From: a virus
Taxonomy: Duplodnaviria; Caudoviricetes
Direction: 5' to 3' (one strand)
Virus record (IMG/VR): IMGVR_UViG_3300042009_000023
Coordinates: 25,357 to 89,356 of that record
DNA: 64,000 nt
A program made the position numbers and the translations under genes. Below the pieces are notes generated by a model. It did no database searches and had not been told where the DNA came from. It saw nothing but the letters and a program-made list of their open reading frames with translations. Shown piece by piece: positions 38,310-48,905 of the stretch. Numbering within the stretch: the first letter of the stretch is position 1; every line of letters starts with the position of its first letter.

Positions 38310-38561
38310 TTACTTCGAATACAAATCCTGCAATTCTTGCAACTTATTATATTCATCAGCTTTGGCTTTCAAGTCATCTTGTTTAGCCTTGGCTTGTGCT
38401 GCCTTAATCAAACCTTTAACTTCAGTTTTGTCAAAGCCTTCGGTGTTATATTCTTTGTCGTAAGTAAATTCCCCAGCAAGCTCTTTCATGTCTTCCTTGT
38501 TGGTGATAGCTTCTTGTGCAAGTTGATATGCACGGTCGTACAGCGATTGACGTTCTTTCAT
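38310..38561 (-). CDS. Small dsDNA-binding protein (T4 DsbA/GapR-like)
   Basis: EDMKELA....GFDKTEVKGLIK pattern; 83 aa, helical. Confidence 0.45.
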   Translation of the reverse strand: MKERQSLYDRAYQLAQEAITNKEDMKELAGEFTYDKEYNTEGFDKTEVKGLIKAAQAKAKQDDLKAKADEYNKLQELQDLYSK

Positions 38562-38571
38562 GTATTTCTCC

Positions 38572-39240
38572 TTAAATAGTTTCTAGATTGTTATCTAATT
38601 GATAACGAATTTTAACAGCTTTACTATAAATTGCTTCAACAAGACTCTGGTGGTTTTCAATGTCTGAGTGCCTAACAGCATCTTGCAAAACATCTAACTT
38701 CTTTTCTTGCCAAGCTCTGTGTGCCTCCATCGGAGTATCAAACAAACCAAGATACTGCTCACACTTACCAATAAATTTACCTGTTTCTTTGTGAAGATTT
38801 ACGCCTATTGGATATTCACCTCTCACAGAGTTACAAGAAATCAAGATAGTGTTAATCCAATTTGGAACGAACATGCAATTTTCTTTTGAGTAAGATTTTG
38901 AATCTGGATTAATTAAATCTTTATCTAGAGCCCAATATCTACCACTTCTGTCTTTGCTCGTGTATCCAAACTGATTCTGACACCATTCTGTGAAGTCTTG
39001 ATAACCTCCAAACTCGTTGTCGGTACCTGTGTAAGTTGGGTATTTGTTCCAATAGGGTTTCTTGCACCTTGAATTTACATTATCCCAGAGCAAGCTTGAA
39101 CGAGTAACTCTCCGCACATATACGTCACCCTCAACTATAGACTTTCCTTTACACCACAGACCGCTATCATCTTTGAAATCTGATACATTAAGAATTTTTA
39201 CAGTATTACGCATAACTACACTCTCTTGAGAATGGACCAT
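38572..39240 (-). CDS. HNH homing endonuclease
   Basis: WDNVNSRC, FTEW, LDKDL...YSKENCMFVPNWIN, YPIGV, YLGLFDTPMEAHRAW. Confidence 0.82.
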   Translation of the reverse strand: MVHSQESVVMRNTVKILNVSDFKDDSGLWCKGKSIVEGDVYVRRVTRSSLLWDNVNSRCKKPYWNKYPTYTGTDNEFGGYQDFTEWCQNQFGYTSKDRSGRYWALDKDLINPDSKSYSKENCMFVPNWINTILISCNSVRGEYPIGVNLHKETGKFIGKCEQYLGLFDTPMEAHRAWQEKKLDVLQDAVRHSDIENHQSLVEAIYSKAVKIRYQLDNNLETI

Positions 39241-39261
39241 CCTTGGTCCTTATAAGTTAGA

Positions 39262-39864
39262 TCAGAACGGTAAATCCGACGAAAGGTCATCTTCTGGTTC
39301 TTCTTGGACTACTGGAGCTGGACCTTGCTTCACTGCCACCTTCTCTTGCACAGGAGCTTCAGCGAGCTTTACAGGACCAAAGTCTTCAGTGACACTGCCA
39401 GCCTTAGATTTATATTCAACCAAGTCTGTAATCAGCAATGCCTGAAGTTCTACAAAGTTACCGTAGTCCTTAGTCTCCTTGATACGATAGCTCATAGTAC
39501 CTTTGCTGCCATTACCGATGAGTTTTTCGAAGGTGATGTCTTCACGAACTTCACCAACTTGTTGAATAACTCGTGGACGATATTTCTCTGGAGTTTCCTG
39601 ACCATTTTTAATGTGAGACTTCTTAAATTTAAGAATAAACTGCTCATCTTGAGAAGGGAACGGAGGCTCAATACCAAACTTCTCAGTAAAATCCGCGTTA
39701 TCAAACTCCTTCAACGAAGTCTTTGGAAACTCTTTCTTAACCTTTTTTGCATCTGCCTTGGAGCATACAACATCTACAGTCCATTCACTATCAAGTTTAT
39801 TGAATGCTGGGACAGGGTTCTGAACTTTAGCATACAGAAAGGTTACATTTTCAATCAAAGCCAT
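39262..39864 (-). CDS. ssb: Single-stranded DNA-binding protein (T7 gp2.5-like)
   Basis: IGNGSKG OB-fold motif and an acidic C-terminus ending EDDLSSDLPF. Confidence 0.75.
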   Translation of the reverse strand: MALIENVTFLYAKVQNPVPAFNKLDSEWTVDVVCSKADAKKVKKEFPKTSLKEFDNADFTEKFGIEPPFPSQDEQFILKFKKSHIKNGQETPEKYRPRVIQQVGEVREDITFEKLIGNGSKGTMSYRIKETKDYGNFVELQALLITDLVEYKSKAGSVTEDFGPVKLAEAPVQEKVAVKQGPAPVVQEEPEDDLSSDLPF

Positions 39865-39964
39865 CTTTTAAATCCTCATTTATTTCTATTGATCTGTGCT
39901 ATCTGCACATTACGTTTGTTTACAGCTTTTGCCATTGACGGCTATCTAGCTCTCGCTAAATTCT

Positions 39965-40174
39965 TTACTTACTCACCGCAGCCACAATACAAGCTCCGAT
40001 AAATACAACCAACAGGATACTCAGCACAAGTGCAATACCACCCCAGAAAGGAAGTGTTACATACCACCAAGACCAAGTGATAATTCCTGCCAGCTTCAAT
40101 CCTACAAACAATACACCCAGCAGACCAAGAATACCAATTCCGCCAGATGATTGTACACTATTTGATTTACTCAA
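39965..40174 (-). CDS. Small two-TMD membrane protein
   Basis: GIGILGLLGVLFVGLKLAGIITWSWWYVTLPFW motif, common in phages. Confidence 0.65.
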   Translation of the reverse strand: MSKSNSVQSSGGIGILGLLGVLFVGLKLAGIITWSWWYVTLPFWGGIALVLSILLVVFIGACIVAAVSK

Positions 40175-40912
40175 TGCAATTTCTCCTTTTTCTTTCCCAC
40201 TTTAATCTCCGTAACATTCACAGCATCTTCATTCTCAAAAGGACTGTCACCCGACAGATGATCACCAAACAATTGACTATCAACAAAGCTCTTCACAGCT
40301 TGATTCATAGCGTCTCGTTTACTGGACTCCCAAAGTAGAAAGTCCTGAACATCTGAGAAGACATATTCTACAGTAGAAATTGATGCATCACCAACTTTTT
40401 CTACAGAATCTTTTAATGTTACGCTGCCCATACTAGCGTACCTGCCGTTGAGACACTTGAATGTATTCCGTGCGGATAATCTTTGCATCCTTGTAGCCGA
40501 GGGCTTTCACTTCCTTCAATTCCTCTCGTGCCATAGAGCGGCTAGGAAGATCGTCTGCGAAAGTGTAGTCAGAGTTTTGAACGGAATAGTTAAATTTGTA
40601 CATTTTATTTCTCCTAGATTAATTAAGTTTTGATTCGCCAAATTCTTCAAACGTTACTACAGCTTTAGCAATCTGAATCTTACCATTTTTGATGTAAGCT
40701 TTCCATTGATCCCCTTGTTCTTCTCCATCACCTTCAACCTTGATCACAAGGTTAGGGAAGTCCTTGGAAACTTCAAGGCAATGTTCTTTCCAATCATACC
40801 ACTTTACCGTGTCAGTCTGTCCACTGTAAAACGAATACTGAGATTTGTCTTCAATAGCTTGTTGTACTGTTTCTGGATTATCAGAAATATCGTATCGTGT
40901 GTAGTAGCCCAT
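40171..40912 (-). other. Three small hypothetical ORFs (40171-40431, 40433-40603, 40619-40912)
   Basis: ORF track plus own translation; AGGAG SDs present. Confidence 0.55.
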
Positions 40913-40958
40913 CTTTCTCTCCTTTACAATTTAATTTGTACCACCATTCTCGCATGAT

Positions 40959-41510
40959 TTATTGGGTTTGTACAGCGGTATTTTCAATTTCTTTTCTTGC
41001 AAACTCAAAAAGCTCCCAGCTACTACGTCCATTGAACACACTAGAAATCGTTGTACGTGGGAAGTCTAGCATAATTGCAATCTCATGTACACCCTTTCCT
41101 TGATGTGAAAGTAAAGCAATTTCACAAATTTGAGCTGGTGTTATCTTACGGTTAGTCTTAGGACGATTTGCATTAATCCGTCCAGCCTCAATACCATCTG
41201 CTGTGTTTTGCTTCTGTGTAGTCCAGTACAAATTATCAACAAAATTGTTAGCTCGTGTATGATCCTTGTGTCCAACTTGAGGTAGTTTATCAGGATTCTC
41301 AAGGAATGCAATAGCAATCAAGCGATGTACATAACGAATTGCGACATTACTTTTATCTTTCCTCTGAAGCCCTACAATTTTATACCCTGCACCATTATCT
41401 GACCAGCTCAAATATTTCTTTTGTTGTAGGTCAAACACTCGTCCATGAGTGCTAATTGCGTATCTGTCTTGTACCAAATCAATTTGAATCGGTTTCCACA
41501 CTTCTTTCAC
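40959..41510 (-). CDS. NUMOD4-HNH homing endonuclease
   Basis: EVWKPI...YAISTHGRV (NUMOD4); VHRLIA.AF...VGHKD...NN...NL.W (HNH_3). Overlaps the polymerase 3' end. Confidence 0.88.
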   Translation of the reverse strand: MKEVWKPIQIDLVQDRYAISTHGRVFDLQQKKYLSWSDNGAGYKIVGLQRKDKSNVAIRYVHRLIAIAFLENPDKLPQVGHKDHTRANNFVDNLYWTTQKQNTADGIEAGRINANRPKTNRKITPAQICEIALLSHQGKGVHEIAIMLDFPRTTISSVFNGRSSWELFEFARKEIENTAVQTQ

Positions 41511-43662
41511 AATTCTTACCTTGTTTATCAGTTACATCCTCCGACACTGCTTCAATTAGTTTAGATGCCTGATCAATGTAATATTTATAGTCAACTCCCC
41601 ATGAGAAGTCATTAATGTTATTGCATGTTTTAACGTTCCAATCTGTATCAATACCAAGCCTGCGATACTCACCACCCTCTACCAAAGGTGGCATGATTTT
41701 AATCAATTTACCCCCTTCTTTTGCCGGATAATAACGGCAAATGTTCTGCTGTGGAATGTCCTCACCATTCTCAACAATAACCAAACTGCTACTGCGTGGC
41801 ACTTTCGTGCGTAACATAAAGTCAAACTTATTCTCATGTAGACGAATAAACTCTTCGAAGTCAACACCATCAATAAGATGAGCCTTCACGGCCATTGGAA
41901 TCACCATCGCTGAATGATTCTTGTGCCACCCAAGTTTATCGAAATCCATAAACTCATATGCACCCTTGAGTTTCACCTTGCCAGACTCAGTTACTGAGAT
42001 GTAATTGTTAACGTCCCGGATAAACATTTGACTATAGTTGTCTCCCTCCATTTGAAGTTTTGTCAAATCCTCCCACCACTTCACCCACTTATCAGCCTCA
42101 TCGAACATTTCTATATCAATGACATACTCAAAACCATCAGTGTTACACATGATAATCCGAGCATTACAATGATCAATCAGCTTTTCCATAAGCATGCACA
42201 GAGAAAGCTGACCACCGATTGTAATAGCCATCGTGTAGGCTGGATCAAGCAACGGACTGAACTCGTTGTTACTATCCCCGTAAACACCATTGAGTGCCAG
42301 CTTCAGAGCCGCATTAGCTGCTGATCCTTTCGGTGTTGCTTTGCGTTGTTCGTAAAGATCAGAATACACCTTACAGAAGGTCTTACCCAAGTGCTGTGGG
42401 TAAATCTGGTTAGCAATCGCCATATTTGGATAATAGCTGGCAACGTCAAGAGTTCGAATCTTTCGCTTCTCAGTACTACGGATAGTACCTTGTGTTGCGC
42501 CATGAATACCACCAACACCATAGTCATAACGAAACCCGTTAATCATAACATTCAAAGTTTCAGCAACATTCCAGCACCAATAATAACTCTTAGCTCCCTT
42601 TGGTGATTTAAGCTCTTTCTCCTCAATCCAACCCATCGGTTGTTCTTTACGCTTCTCAGCGATAACTTCTTCACATGGGATGTATCGTTTGTTCTTTTTA
42701 TCTACAGGATCAGACAGCTTCTTTTTCTTTACGACCATTTCAGCATACTTGGCAACATCCCCAAGTTGATGCTCCATCAAATCACTGAATACACCTTTAG
42801 TCTCAGTGATGACTTGATCTTGAAACCACTTGTGCACAGCTTGAAACTCTGGACGATCAAACTTGATGTATGGAAATAAGCAATCCTTGATCACAATCTT
42901 GTCTCGCTTAGTTTGACGTACTTCCTTACCAAACTCAGTTTTCCTGTAACAACTACCCGGAGCTTCTTTCTCCAGTGTACGAATGAACAACTCTTTACCA
43001 ATCTTTGTATCATTAAAGTTGGTGCAATCAAATCCAAACTGTTCCGTCAGATCAGCACGAAGCTTTAGGTTCTCATACGAATACCAATAGAACTTCAGAG
43101 TTTCACTAACGTCATGTTTATTGTATTTAATGAGTACGTCTTTCTGAGCATCATCAAGCACTGTACCAACAGGATAAGGAAGATCCTCAATGTTGATAGA
43201 ACGCATGTTGTACTCAAGCATCTTCAACGAGGTTGAGCGAGCTTTGTTATCAAAGTGATGAACCTTGAACAAATCAACCTGTGGAATCACCACATCTTTT
43301 TCTTTGATTGCTGAACCAAACTTATTTTCTTTACTTGAGTTAATAAGTTTCATTGCGACATCGTAAAGCTCTTTAGCTGTGACTTTCAGCTTCTTATCAG
43401 TACCATGAACCTTGCGGGCTTTTTGCAAGATATGGTGAATAACCGGATAGTCAAAGTTATTGTTGTTGAACCCTACAAAACGATGACCAGCAGATTTCAC
43501 CTTACGGAAGAAATCAAGAAGGTCTTCTACTTCATTTTTACGATCACTGATTTCAAAGGCTCGCATGCCTTTGCCGTTTGAATATACAGCAGCGAACGTA
43601 AAGGTATTTGGATAAGTTTCAATATCAAAAATCCAATCCCCCTCAAAGAATTTCTTTTCCAA
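41479..43662 (-). CDS. DNA polymerase, family B, with 3'-5' exonuclease
   Basis: ExoI DIETY, ExoII GFNNNNFD, ExoIII YNKHD; pol motifs DVASYYP, KLALNGVYG, NTDG. Confidence 0.88.
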   Translation of the reverse strand: MEKKFFEGDWIFDIETYPNTFTFAAVYSNGKGMRAFEISDRKNEVEDLLDFFRKVKSAGHRFVGFNNNNFDYPVIHHILQKARKVHGTDKKLKVTAKELYDVAMKLINSSKENKFGSAIKEKDVVIPQVDLFKVHHFDNKARSTSLKMLEYNMRSINIEDLPYPVGTVLDDAQKDVLIKYNKHDVSETLKFYWYSYENLKLRADLTEQFGFDCTNFNDTKIGKELFIRTLEKEAPGSCYRKTEFGKEVRQTKRDKIVIKDCLFPYIKFDRPEFQAVHKWFQDQVITETKGVFSDLMEHQLGDVAKYAEMVVKKKKLSDPVDKKNKRYIPCEEVIAEKRKEQPMGWIEEKELKSPKGAKSYYWCWNVAETLNVMINGFRYDYGVGGIHGATQGTIRSTEKRKIRTLDVASYYPNMAIANQIYPQHLGKTFCKVYSDLYEQRKATPKGSAANAALKLALNGVYGDSNNEFSPLLDPAYTMAITIGGQLSLCMLMEKLIDHCNARIIMCNTDGFEYVIDIEMFDEADKWVKWWEDLTKLQMEGDNYSQMFIRDVNNYISVTESGKVKLKGAYEFMDFDKLGWHKNHSAMVIPMAVKAHLIDGVDFEEFIRLHENKFDFMLRTKVPRSSSLVIVENGEDIPQQNICRYYPAKEGGKLIKIMPPLVEGGEYRRLGIDTDWNVKTCNNINDFSWGVDYKYYIDQASKLIEAVSEDVTDKQGKNCERSVETDSN

Positions 43663-43707
43663 TGCAAAATCTCCTAAATTGAATGGAGGATTTTACGCCT
43701 CCTTGAT

Positions 43708-45462
43708 TCAAAAGTCAACCATATGTGCTGGAATTTCTAGACTTTCCACCGATGGTGGCTCATCCATCAGGCTTTCTTCAATGTATGGATCAGAGGTCGC
43801 AAACATATGTGTAGTCGCACCGTCATAACGCAACCATCCAGCATCACCAGTGTTACCAGTCCGACGACACTTAACAAGTTGCAGCTTAGTGGCTGACTTT
43901 TTAATCGGACAAGGGTTCATCTTATCACGACTGATCAAAATTGTATTGAATGCAATTTGATTCAGACTTGAGGAACCCATTAATTGGTATTCCGTTACAG
44001 CGTGTGGATTCTCTTCAGAAGGTTTTCTCATGTGTGAAATTGCTACTACACAAGTATCTGTCTCCTTTGCAAACTTCAAGAGTGTATCCATGAACTCAAT
44101 GATTGCGCCGTTGTCGCTACTGTTCACACCAGCTTGAACGGGATCAATAACAATTACATCACAGTTCTCAGCCTTCGCCAGATAGTTAAGTTTATCAAAA
44201 ATCTCAGCAGTTGAAATACTACCTTGGTGGTCAACATAAACGAATTGATCTTTCTTTGCAAGGTTCTCAAAGAAACGATTCTTCAATGCTTCAATGTCTA
44301 CGTTCTCACGGTTAACTGTCCGCAAGTTCATACCAGCATCAAGCGACAACAGATCACGTACAACTTCACGTTTAGTGCCTTCCAGATACATCGCACCTAC
44401 TTTGAACTGTGTGTTCTCAATGAGAGAATAGACCACGTTGTTAACAATCGAGCTTTTACCAATAGATGTCAAAGCACCAATAATCGTGATTTCACCTTTT
44501 TCCATGCCGCCGTTCATCATTTCATTCAAGTGTGACCAAGACGAAGGAAATGGAATTTTTACGTTATTGTCTTCACTTTCAAAGTCATCCCACATTTGAC
44601 TCAAGTGCAGAACATCAACACGACTGAACGGAGTAGCTTTCCAGAAGAGTTGCTTAAGCTCTGCTGTACGACCAGTTTTAACCATATCTGAGGCATCTTT
44701 AACCCCTTGTGGAAGCTTTGCAATGAATGCCTTACCCGGAGTAAGGAGACGAGCAGCTTCTTCTACATACTTCTGTGCAGATTCGTCTTGATCAAACGAA
44801 AGGATTACTTTAGAAAAACTGTTGATGTATTCAAAGTTCGCCTTGAACTGTTTGATAATACTACCATCACCACAAGTCACACTAACACACGGTGTCCAGT
44901 ATTCTACACCGTCTTTCTTGGAGTAGAGAGCTTGCGCAAATGCCAAAGCATCTTCTTCTCCTGTGGTGATTACCAGATACTTTTGACCAGCTTCAAAGAC
45001 AGATTGACCAAACAGTTCGTTAGTTGCCTTAGTGCTACCAATCCCAACGAAGTCTTTAGGATTCAAACGTTTCTTAAAGCCTACGATCTTACCATCAGAT
45101 GTAGACGGATAATAACGAGCTGTCACGTCAAAGCCATTTTCAACCTCTGTGTGTACGCCATACTTGGTGCTTACGGGTTGACCAATACCACGTTCTTTCC
45201 AGCCACGAAATGGGATTGCTTGAATGTTTGTAAAGTCTACTACTTCGGACACTTTATGTTTCCCCTCTTTAATCTTAACTCCCACTTCTTCTAGTTGGGA
45301 ATGATTGAAATAATTTGTGCATACAAAACAGTATGCATCATTAACCTGTTCACCGTCAATCTCTTTATTGTAGACTGCCATCCCATCAGACGATGAGCAA
45401 TCATCTCCAATACAGGCAGCATGGTACAACAACTCTCCGTCTGGTCGCTCTTGTTTACTCAC
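43708..45462 (-). CDS. Primase-helicase (T7 gp4-like)
   Basis: N-terminal Zn-binding C/H motif, TOPRIM GEEDALA and FDQD, Walker A ALTSIGKS, VIDP, ISHMRK, KCRRTG. GTG start after GGAG. Confidence 0.9.
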   Translation of the reverse strand: MSKQERPDGELLYHAACIGDDCSSSDGMAVYNKEIDGEQVNDAYCFVCTNYFNHSQLEEVGVKIKEGKHKVSEVVDFTNIQAIPFRGWKERGIGQPVSTKYGVHTEVENGFDVTARYYPSTSDGKIVGFKKRLNPKDFVGIGSTKATNELFGQSVFEAGQKYLVITTGEEDALAFAQALYSKKDGVEYWTPCVSVTCGDGSIIKQFKANFEYINSFSKVILSFDQDESAQKYVEEAARLLTPGKAFIAKLPQGVKDASDMVKTGRTAELKQLFWKATPFSRVDVLHLSQMWDDFESEDNNVKIPFPSSWSHLNEMMNGGMEKGEITIIGALTSIGKSSIVNNVVYSLIENTQFKVGAMYLEGTKREVVRDLLSLDAGMNLRTVNRENVDIEALKNRFFENLAKKDQFVYVDHQGSISTAEIFDKLNYLAKAENCDVIVIDPVQAGVNSSDNGAIIEFMDTLLKFAKETDTCVVAISHMRKPSEENPHAVTEYQLMGSSSLNQIAFNTILISRDKMNPCPIKKSATKLQLVKCRRTGNTGDAGWLRYDGATTHMFATSDPYIEESLMDEPPSVESLEIPAHMVDF

Positions 45463-45524
45463 GCTCTTCTCCCCTCCAACACCCTGCAAAGAATATTAAT
45501 CAAATTGCTTCAAGAATAGCAAGA

Positions 45525-48500
45525 TTATTTGTAACAGTCATCTAGATAACCGGCGATTGAACAAGTTGCAACTGAACCTTGCATATAGCTGTAAACACCA
45601 ACCACAGTTTCACCTTGCCACACACTCAGGTTACGGCACCATAACTCTTTTCTATGTGTATGCCCATATTCAGTGTTACCAATGTATGCACCACAGCGCT
45701 CCATGATATCAAAGAATCGTTCTTTATCAACTTCTACGAATCTCATTAAACATTATCCTCCAAAAATTTCTGCCAAGGTTCTGACCAATAAACTAAAAGT
45801 TCATAATCATCTGACATGTGTGTCATTCCTGATAATTCATCACCGTAGCACCACGTACCGTCAGCCCATACAACAATGTCGTCAGAGGCTATTTTCATTA
45901 ATACACCTCGTAATAGGTTTTGAGGGTTTCGTAATCACTCATGATTTCTTCAGACACTTTACCATAAAGAAACGAATAATTGTACTCACAATCTCGAAAT
46001 ACCCGCCCATCAATATCCTCTGATTCATAAGCCAGTTCATGAATGGATTCAAAGATTTCCTTATCTTCTTCAGTCACCACTTCAAAACCGCGGATTGCAT
46101 ATTGTACACGACCATAGCCGTCATTCCAATCGTTTCGTGTATCCTCCATTGCACGAGCTAGCTTAAAATATTTATCTTTGCTATCCAACACTTCAAGGAC
46201 ATCTGACCATTCAAAGTCATCGTCAAAATTATACTTAACCTGCAACCTCGCTTTAGCCAGCACTTCCTTCTTAGCTTTCTCGGTCTTTTCTGCATCTTGC
46301 AGCTCTTTACGGATCGTACCCTTAAGAGTATCGGCATGACGCTTGAACGTGTCTTCGGCACTCTTAATTAGCGTTAACATACGGTCTTTCTCGTCGCTTA
46401 CAGGGACATTGCGTTGCAAGTCCCCAAGGTATCCGGCAGAATGAGTTGTTGTAGTCTTTGTACGTGAGCGTTGAGTCTTGAATTCAGATGTGCTGTAATT
46501 ATTTGGAACACCGATGTCCTTCATAATCTGTGTGATCTTCTCACGTACTTTCAGATTATTTTCAATAGCTGGGATATTGGCTTGATGTTCTTCCAATACT
46601 TTAGCTCGTTCCTGTTCAGCTTTGGCTAGTAATGAGATCAGTTTAGTATCAACCTCCTCAATAGTTTTAGGATCACGTTCATAATAGCTGCTTCCGTATT
46701 TGAAAGCATTAGCTGCATATGTGTTAGCCACAGAGGGTGTTGTGATTTTATTCAACTTCATCACTGAAGGGATATTACTTTCAGCTTTCTTTTCGAGTGC
46801 TACGACTAGACCTTTTACAAAATCAAATGCTTCGTCAATGTTCTTTACGTATTTCATTTATTCGGCCTCTAAGTTTCGTAAAATAGTTGAGATAGCATCA
46901 ACATAGCCAAGCTTCCAGCCAATATCAAAATCTTTCTTGTCTTCGATATAAGCTAAATTACCTTCTTCATAATCATCCCAAAGGCCCTCATCTTCTTCGG
47001 AAATCATTGCATTCAATTCTTGAATTAACCAAGATTTTCTCATCACTTATTCCTCCCAACCATTCAATTTATTTTCCATCTCACTTAGCTGCTGCATATG
47101 CTCATCAATCACTGTAAGTGATGACTTCTTGCCCACAATTACCGCAGTTGAAACCTTTAGTGGTGCACATGCAGCCAGAAATATCACGTCCTTTATATAG
47201 CTCCCGTTCCTCATTAGGTGCATATTCGTTGATGCTACCACATGCACGACAGGTTGCACGCTTATAAACTGTCTGATCTTGACCTACTACTTTAGGCATT
47301 ATTTATCCTCCAAAGCTTCAAGCTCTTTAACCAATTCTTGTTTACGTTGCTCTTTCAATTCATCACTGACCATTGCTTTATATTTGTTGAACAAAGGCCA
47401 GAAAGCCTCATACACAGCTTTAGAGTTGTCTTCACGAAAGTACAAAGCGTTATTCATTGTATCAGAGAAAGCTGTACCATAACACTTCAACTCTTCAAAG
47501 AATGCATCAAAGGTTTTCTTAGGGTAGCTCTTATCCCACAAACCATCACCACCGAATGTGTAAGCACCACAAGGAAAGCTAATCTTGAACAACCATTCAT
47601 CTTTAGGTTGCTTGCCATTATCTGAACAACCGATTGTACGACCATGTTTCTCACCAAACAGACTCAAGCCTGTCCAGTCATCGTAGACATTCTTTACACG
47701 CAAATGTGTACCAGACTGAATTCCCTGAAGAGGAATACCAAAGCGTTCACTCACCTCAAGTGCTTCTACAATGGATTTAACATGTAGAGGAGATAAGGTA
47801 ACACTCTCACGGTCAAAGGCTTCAGAGTGCTTCTTAACCACTTTCAACAGGTCTTTGTATGCTGTAATTTTATCGTTCATTTCAATTTCCCCTCAATAAT
47901 TCGTGCAAGCAATGTTACCTCTTCAGGTGTCCCGTGACAATCTTCATAATGATTCAACCAAGGAATAGCTTCTTTCAGAAGGAATTCCAACTCCTCAATC
48001 CTAGCCTCAGCCTTCAGAGACAATTCAGCGGCGGAATGCCTTGCGTCACGATGCCCTTCTTTATAAGCATATGTCCCGTCAGTACCGTATTTGTGCCAGA
48101 TATTCTTTTCGTTAATCTGAATATTCATAATCTCATTGTGCAAATTCATCCCATCCTCCCACAGCCGCCATTCTTCGAATAGCCTTTCGCTGCATAGCAT
48201 TACATTAATAATTATTCAAATTTATTTGCTTACTTCTCTAAGCCCTTCAGTCACAGCATCTTGTCACATTGTTTGTGAGGGGTTAAGACTCACCCAGCTC
48301 TTTCTTCAGACGTTCCAGTTGACGACGTTTGGAGTCCAATGCACGTTCCTTTTCAGCAGCCTCTTTGGTCACACGTTCTTGGTACTCTTCATCCGTTTCA
48401 AGACGGCGATCATACAAGTTTACCACTTGGCGATCTGAATCACCATAGCTACCGTAATCTGTTTCATACTCAAGAATCAGTTGAACACCTTCTGTCTGCT

Positions 48501-48609
48501 TCTCTTCTTTTACCTTCTGTAGACGGGATATCACCTCATCAATCGGACCGCTCATCAGGTCTTCTACGCTTTCATACTTGCGCAGTACGTCAATAATTTT
48601 CTTGGTCAT
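45525..48609 (-). other. Leftward early/middle hypothetical genes (45525-45746, 45898-46857, 46858-47046, 47105-47299 Zn-ribbon, 47299-47880, 47877-48200, 48283-48609)
   Basis: Consecutive ORFs with SDs, downstream of the leftward promoter at 48653-48681. Confidence 0.6.
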
Positions 48610-48652
48610 TTTGTCTCTCCTTACTATTCAGTGGTTCACCTCAGATACACCA

Positions 48653-48681
48653 ATCCTACCCGTCACCTCCACACCTGTCAA
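48653..48681 (-). promoter_or_regulatory. Leftward sigma70 early promoter
   Basis: TTGACA-N17-TAGGAT on the minus strand, A at +7. Confidence 0.75.
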
Positions 48682-48749
48682 GGATAATTTGTAAAATTAC
48701 GCACTGATTTAAAAATATTCTCTAGGCGATCTATTCAGGGAGAATCTCC

Positions 48750-48814
48750 TTGGGCAAATTCATTTGGTAAATTTATTCAGCAGATTTGTCTAGCAAATTT
48801 GTTTGGTAGATTTA
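48750..48814. repeat. Five in-phase tandem 13-bp repeats, consensus TYYRGYARATTTR
   Basis: TTGGGCAAATTCA / TTTGGTAAATTTA / TTCAGCAGATTTG / TCTAGCAAATTTG / TTTGGTAGATTTA. Confidence 0.75.
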
Positions 48815-48849
48815 TCTACACTCTGTCAGAAGATTTTTGAAGGGGGTGC

Positions 48850-48878
48850 TTGACAGATGTTGGTGATAGAGGTAAGCT
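48850..48878 (+). promoter_or_regulatory. Rightward sigma70 early promoter
   Basis: TTGACA-N17-TAAGCT, A at +7. Confidence 0.7.
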
Positions 48879-48905
48879 GTGTGGAAATCAATAGGAGGAA
48901 GCAAC

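Noticed and set aside
39304-40002. 232-aa plus-strand ORF opposite the SSB gene
   Set aside because: Antisense to a well-supported gene in a uniformly minus-strand operon; Leu/Phe/Ser-rich composition is typical of shadow frames.
28316-45462. Group I introns or inteins in nrdA, nrdB, thyX, polymerase or primase-helicase
   Set aside because: All five are uninterrupted ORFs with motifs in normal order and spacing; the nearby HNH genes are free-standing.
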